The notes beneath the pieces are model-generated. The model was not told the DNA's origin, searched no databases, and saw nothing but the letters and a program-made list of their open reading frames with translations. Below are positions 61,250 through 64,000 of a DNA stretch of 64,000 bases, in pieces. The position numbers were made by a program, and so were the translations under genes. Positions within the stretch are counted from its first letter, which is position 1. The number at the start of each line of letters is the position of its first letter. The DNA comes from an uncultured bacterium (GTDB taxonomy: Bacteria; Actinomycetota; Acidimicrobiia; Spongiisociales; ZC4RG35): the NCBI GenBank assembly GCA_963792365.1, contig CAWBVW010000004.1:132183-196182 (forward strand). Direction: 5' to 3'.

Positions 61250-62056
61250 TCAGGGATCCGCCGGCAATCCGCTGCGGAGCGCCCACCACCCCGCGGCGAT
61301 CGGCACCGTCTGGCCGACTGCGAGAGCCAGACCGAGCACGAGCGTGACTGTGCGGGCGAACCAGATCTGACCCTCGAGTTGTGCCTCGAGCTCGTCGAGT
61401 ACCTTCGTGCCGCGCCGGACCGTGGCGTCGTACTCGGCCAGGATCCAGGTCGATTGCTCCAGCGTCGTGCGTATCGCACCGAGCTCACGAGCGATGTCGA
61501 CGCTCGAACCCGCAAAGGCCGATATCCCGGCAGCGGCGGCTTCGAAGTCGGCGGCCTGGGCACGAAGCTCGCCGGGAATCACGGCGAGTTGGGCGTCCAC
61601 CGCCCGAAGGGAATCGTCGAGGGGAGCGTCCGGGTCGTAGTCGACCCCGACAAATCGGAGCGTGCGCATCACACCATCGATCACGCCTGCCGTGGCGATG
61701 ACCTGCGGCATGGTGGCGCGCAGGGCATCCAGACTCTCGGGGATGTCCGAGGTGACCACGGTCCCCAGATCATCGGCCAGGCCGGCGACGTCGGACAGCG
61801 TTCCGGCCCCTGTCGCCACCGACCCTTCGACGGTGGCAAGGCCATTCGCTGCTTCACCGGTGATCTCGTCGATCGTGGCTGCCGTCTTGCCGGCCGTTGC
61901 AAGCAGGTCTCGGGTGACACCGAGTACCTCGAGGCCGTATTCGGTGCTCGAACCGATGAATCCGGCGCCGAGCCAGCCCACGAGGAGCGCCGAGATCAAG
62001 CCGACGATGCCCGCACCCATCCACGAAACGGCTAACCAACGGGGAATCGGAGGCAC
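61250..62056 (-). CDS. Hypothetical membrane protein (two TM helices flanking a helical/coiled-coil domain)
   Basis: Hydrophobic N- and C-terminal segments, heptad-rich middle; TAGCCT 6 nt before GTG. Confidence 0.75.
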   Translation of the reverse strand: MPPIPRWLAVSWMGAGIVGLISALLVGWLGAGFIGSSTEYGLEVLGVTRDLLATAGKTAATIDEITGEAANGLATVEGSVATGAGTLSDVAGLADDLGTVVTSDIPESLDALRATMPQVIATAGVIDGVMRTLRFVGVDYDPDAPLDDSLRAVDAQLAVIPGELRAQAADFEAAAAGISAFAGSSVDIARELGAIRTTLEQSTWILAEYDATVRRGTKVLDELEAQLEGQIWFARTVTLVLGLALAVGQTVPIAAGWWALRSGLPADP

Positions 62057-62102
62057 GGATCGAGGCTAGTGCAGCCCACCGGGCCGGTGCGATGTTGCGC
62101 CG

Positions 62103-62825
62103 TCAGTCACCGGCCGCTGGTGGCTGCTTCGCCAGGATCGGGATGCTCGCACGCTTCTCCGCATCGAGATGATCGGCGAGGACGCCCGAAGGTCGTGGCA
62201 ACGATGTCTCGGTGCGGAGAATCCGCTCCCCCACCACGATCATGTCGAGGGGAAAGTCGTGCTCGGTCACCGGGATGGCGCCGGTCTCCAATAGCTGCGA
62301 AGGATGGACGGTCGTTGCGATCATCGTGTTGTCGCCGATGAGCCCGGCTTCGACGCAGATCGCGTACTCGAGGTCGGAGTAGCCGCCTCCTTTCCCGAGG
62401 CGGGCGCCACCCGCTTCGACCGCCACCGACCCACACACCACCAGATCGATGTGCTCCATTTCGTCAGGCCCGACCGGCACCCCGTATCGCGCAGCCCCCT
62501 TGATCGTGGCTGCCGCGTGCGGAGGCACATCCAACTCGTCGAGGCTCAACCGCCAGAAGGGACGTGGCTCGGCGAGCCTCGGCACCGCCATGTACAGGGT
62601 TTTTCCGTCGGCGAGCGCGCGCTTGCGCACCGGAAGCTGCGGCGAGTCGGGGTTGGCCTTGATGTGCACTGCCCGGCTCCACTCGTCACTCGACGCAAGG
62701 CAGGCCGCTGCGGCCTCGGCGCCGACGAAGTTGGGGATCCGACCCTCGACCCCGGGGAAGCGGGCGGCCCCGGCCTCCCGGAGGGCGGCCCAGGCGCGCT
62801 CGCGGACCGTCGTCTTGTCAGCCAC
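62103..62825 (-). CDS. 5-formyltetrahydrofolate cyclo-ligase (MTHFSD-like)
   Basis: GRIPNFVGA, KANPDSPQ, GSVAV, RLGKGGGYSDLE, TTVH, HDF. Confidence 0.9.
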   Translation of the reverse strand: MADKTTVRERAWAALREAGAARFPGVEGRIPNFVGAEAAAACLASSDEWSRAVHIKANPDSPQLPVRKRALADGKTLYMAVPRLAEPRPFWRLSLDELDVPPHAAATIKGAARYGVPVGPDEMEHIDLVVCGSVAVEAGGARLGKGGGYSDLEYAICVEAGLIGDNTMIATTVHPSQLLETGAIPVTEHDFPLDMIVVGERILRTETSLPRPSGVLADHLDAEKRASIPILAKQPPAAGD

Positions 62826-63195
62826 GTCGCATGCGCAGAAGCTGATCGACACGCAACAGCCGGAGCATGACGCGGACCCCCACGGGAAGGAACGGCTCGG
62901 CCTCGGACGGTGTGATCATTCGCGGCTGGACCAGCGCGATGTCGGCGCCGGCGTACTCGAGGATCACGCCGCCGGCGTGCATCACATTCTTCACCCAGTC
63001 GGCGTCCCCGCCGTAGGTGAGCGCAAACACGAAGTCGTCGCCGGCAGGAAAGACGTTGATCGGAATCCGGTGCTCCCTCCCCGACATCCTTCCCGTATGA
63101 CGTATGGCGCCGAAGGGCGGTCGACCGGACAACCCGATCATCACGCGGTTGGTGAACACCTTGTTGAGCTTGGCGACGGCCCTGGGAAACGGCAC
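62818..63195 (-). CDS. Nitroreductase-family deazaflavin (F420)-dependent oxidoreductase
   Basis: HTGRMSG, P.NVF, ALTYG..ADWVKNV. Confidence 0.82.
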   Translation of the reverse strand: MPFPRAVAKLNKVFTNRVMIGLSGRPPFGAIRHTGRMSGREHRIPINVFPAGDDFVFALTYGGDADWVKNVMHAGGVILEYAGADIALVQPRMITPSEAEPFLPVGVRVMLRLLRVDQLLRMRRG

Positions 63196-63266
63196 CCGTG
63201 CATTCTCGTGACTTGTTGCCGCCCTGTCACCCGGCAACTCCGACCAGGCTCGGGATAGGGTTGACC

Positions 63267-63947
63267 ATGGCCACTATTCCAACGTCCCTGTTCGACTTTC
63301 TCGAGGATCTCGCCGACCACAACGACCGCGAGTGGTTCGCCTCCAACAAGGGGCGCTACGTCGACGAGGTCCAGGAGCCGGCTCTCGAATTCGTTCGCGC
63401 CTTCGCCCCAAAGCTGGCTGCGATCAGCCCCCACTTCACTGCCGACGCCAAGGTGGTGGGCGGATCGCTCTTCCGGATCCATCGCGATACCCGCTTCTCC
63501 AAGGACAAGACGCCCTACAAGATCAACACCGGCATGCAGTTCCGCCACGAACTGGGCAAAGATGCGCATGCCCCGGGGTACTACATCCACCTCCAGCCCG
63601 GAGAGTCGTTCGCCGGGCTCGGCTTGTGGAGACCGGAGACCCGGGTTGCGTATGACATCCGAGCGGCAATCGACGAGCGCCAGGCAGACTGGAAGCGTGC
63701 CGCCCACGGCAAGGCTTTCCGCGATAGGTGGCAGCTCGCAGGCGACTCGTTACAAAGACCTCCCAAGGGCTACTCGGCCGATCACCCGTGTATCGACGAC
63801 CTGAAACGCAAGGACTTCATCGCGTCGTGCAGTCTCAGCGAGGGGGAGATCACCAGCGATGAGTTCCTGGACACGATCGTCGAGAGGTTCAAAAAGGCCT
63901 CCCTCTTCATGCGATTCCTCTGCGATGCCGTGGGAGTGCCCTTCTGA
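63267..63947 (+). CDS. DUF2461 / TIGR02453 family protein
   Basis: FLEDLADHNDREWF, FRIHRDTRFSKDKTPYK, LQRPPKGY, DLKRKDF. Confidence 0.93.
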   Translation: MATIPTSLFDFLEDLADHNDREWFASNKGRYVDEVQEPALEFVRAFAPKLAAISPHFTADAKVVGGSLFRIHRDTRFSKDKTPYKINTGMQFRHELGKDAHAPGYYIHLQPGESFAGLGLWRPETRVAYDIRAAIDERQADWKRAAHGKAFRDRWQLAGDSLQRPPKGYSADHPCIDDLKRKDFIASCSLSEGEITSDEFLDTIVERFKKASLFMRFLCDAVGVPF

Positions 63948-64000
63948 GCGGCCGGTAACATCGGCGCCACCACCGTACCGAGCCGGGTCCAGAGTCCGGC

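Overview
GC-rich actinobacterial chromosomal window; gene content and style suggest Acidimicrobiia (inference). About 45 genes, mostly housekeeping or metabolic: edge of a polysaccharide locus (Wzx-like flippase, GT2), deoD, hydrolases, ligB, LLM oxidoreductase, Maf, USP, an ABC-2 exporter, 2-oxoacid dehydrogenase E1 alpha/beta, a phnDCE-like ABC importer, an orphan CoxL-like molybdoprotein, ferritin, S41 protease, msrA and glgX/glgC/glgB. No rRNA, tRNA, CRISPR array, integrase, transposase or reverse transcriptase was recognised. The best candidate for an undescribed system is at 12.27-18.33 kb (- strand). A very large SARP(wHTH-BTAD)/degenerate cyclase/pseudokinase/nSTAND NTPase/TM/WD40 regulator is followed by four heptamer repeats at exact 11-bp spacing, a 59-aa basic peptide gene, and a structured 3' region. 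That region carries an exact copy of the peptide's Shine-Dalgarno, an anti-SD tract and a terminator. The layout resembles afsR-afsS with a possible added RNA switch. Other notable items: a ~2,900-aa secreted multi-repeat protein (10 Ca-blade-like, 28 TSP3-like and 14 RCC1 repeats); a WXG100-like/hydrolase pair with type VII secretion hallmarks; three copies of a 53-55-bp REP-like palindrome with compensatory substitutions; a 755-aa PhnE; a protein with tandem ice-binding-like domains; a cluster of GNA-triloop hairpins; and many leaderless-type -10 boxes. Four apparent +1 frameshifts in the two giant genes may be sequencing or assembly errors. All calls come from manual reading; no database searches were run.
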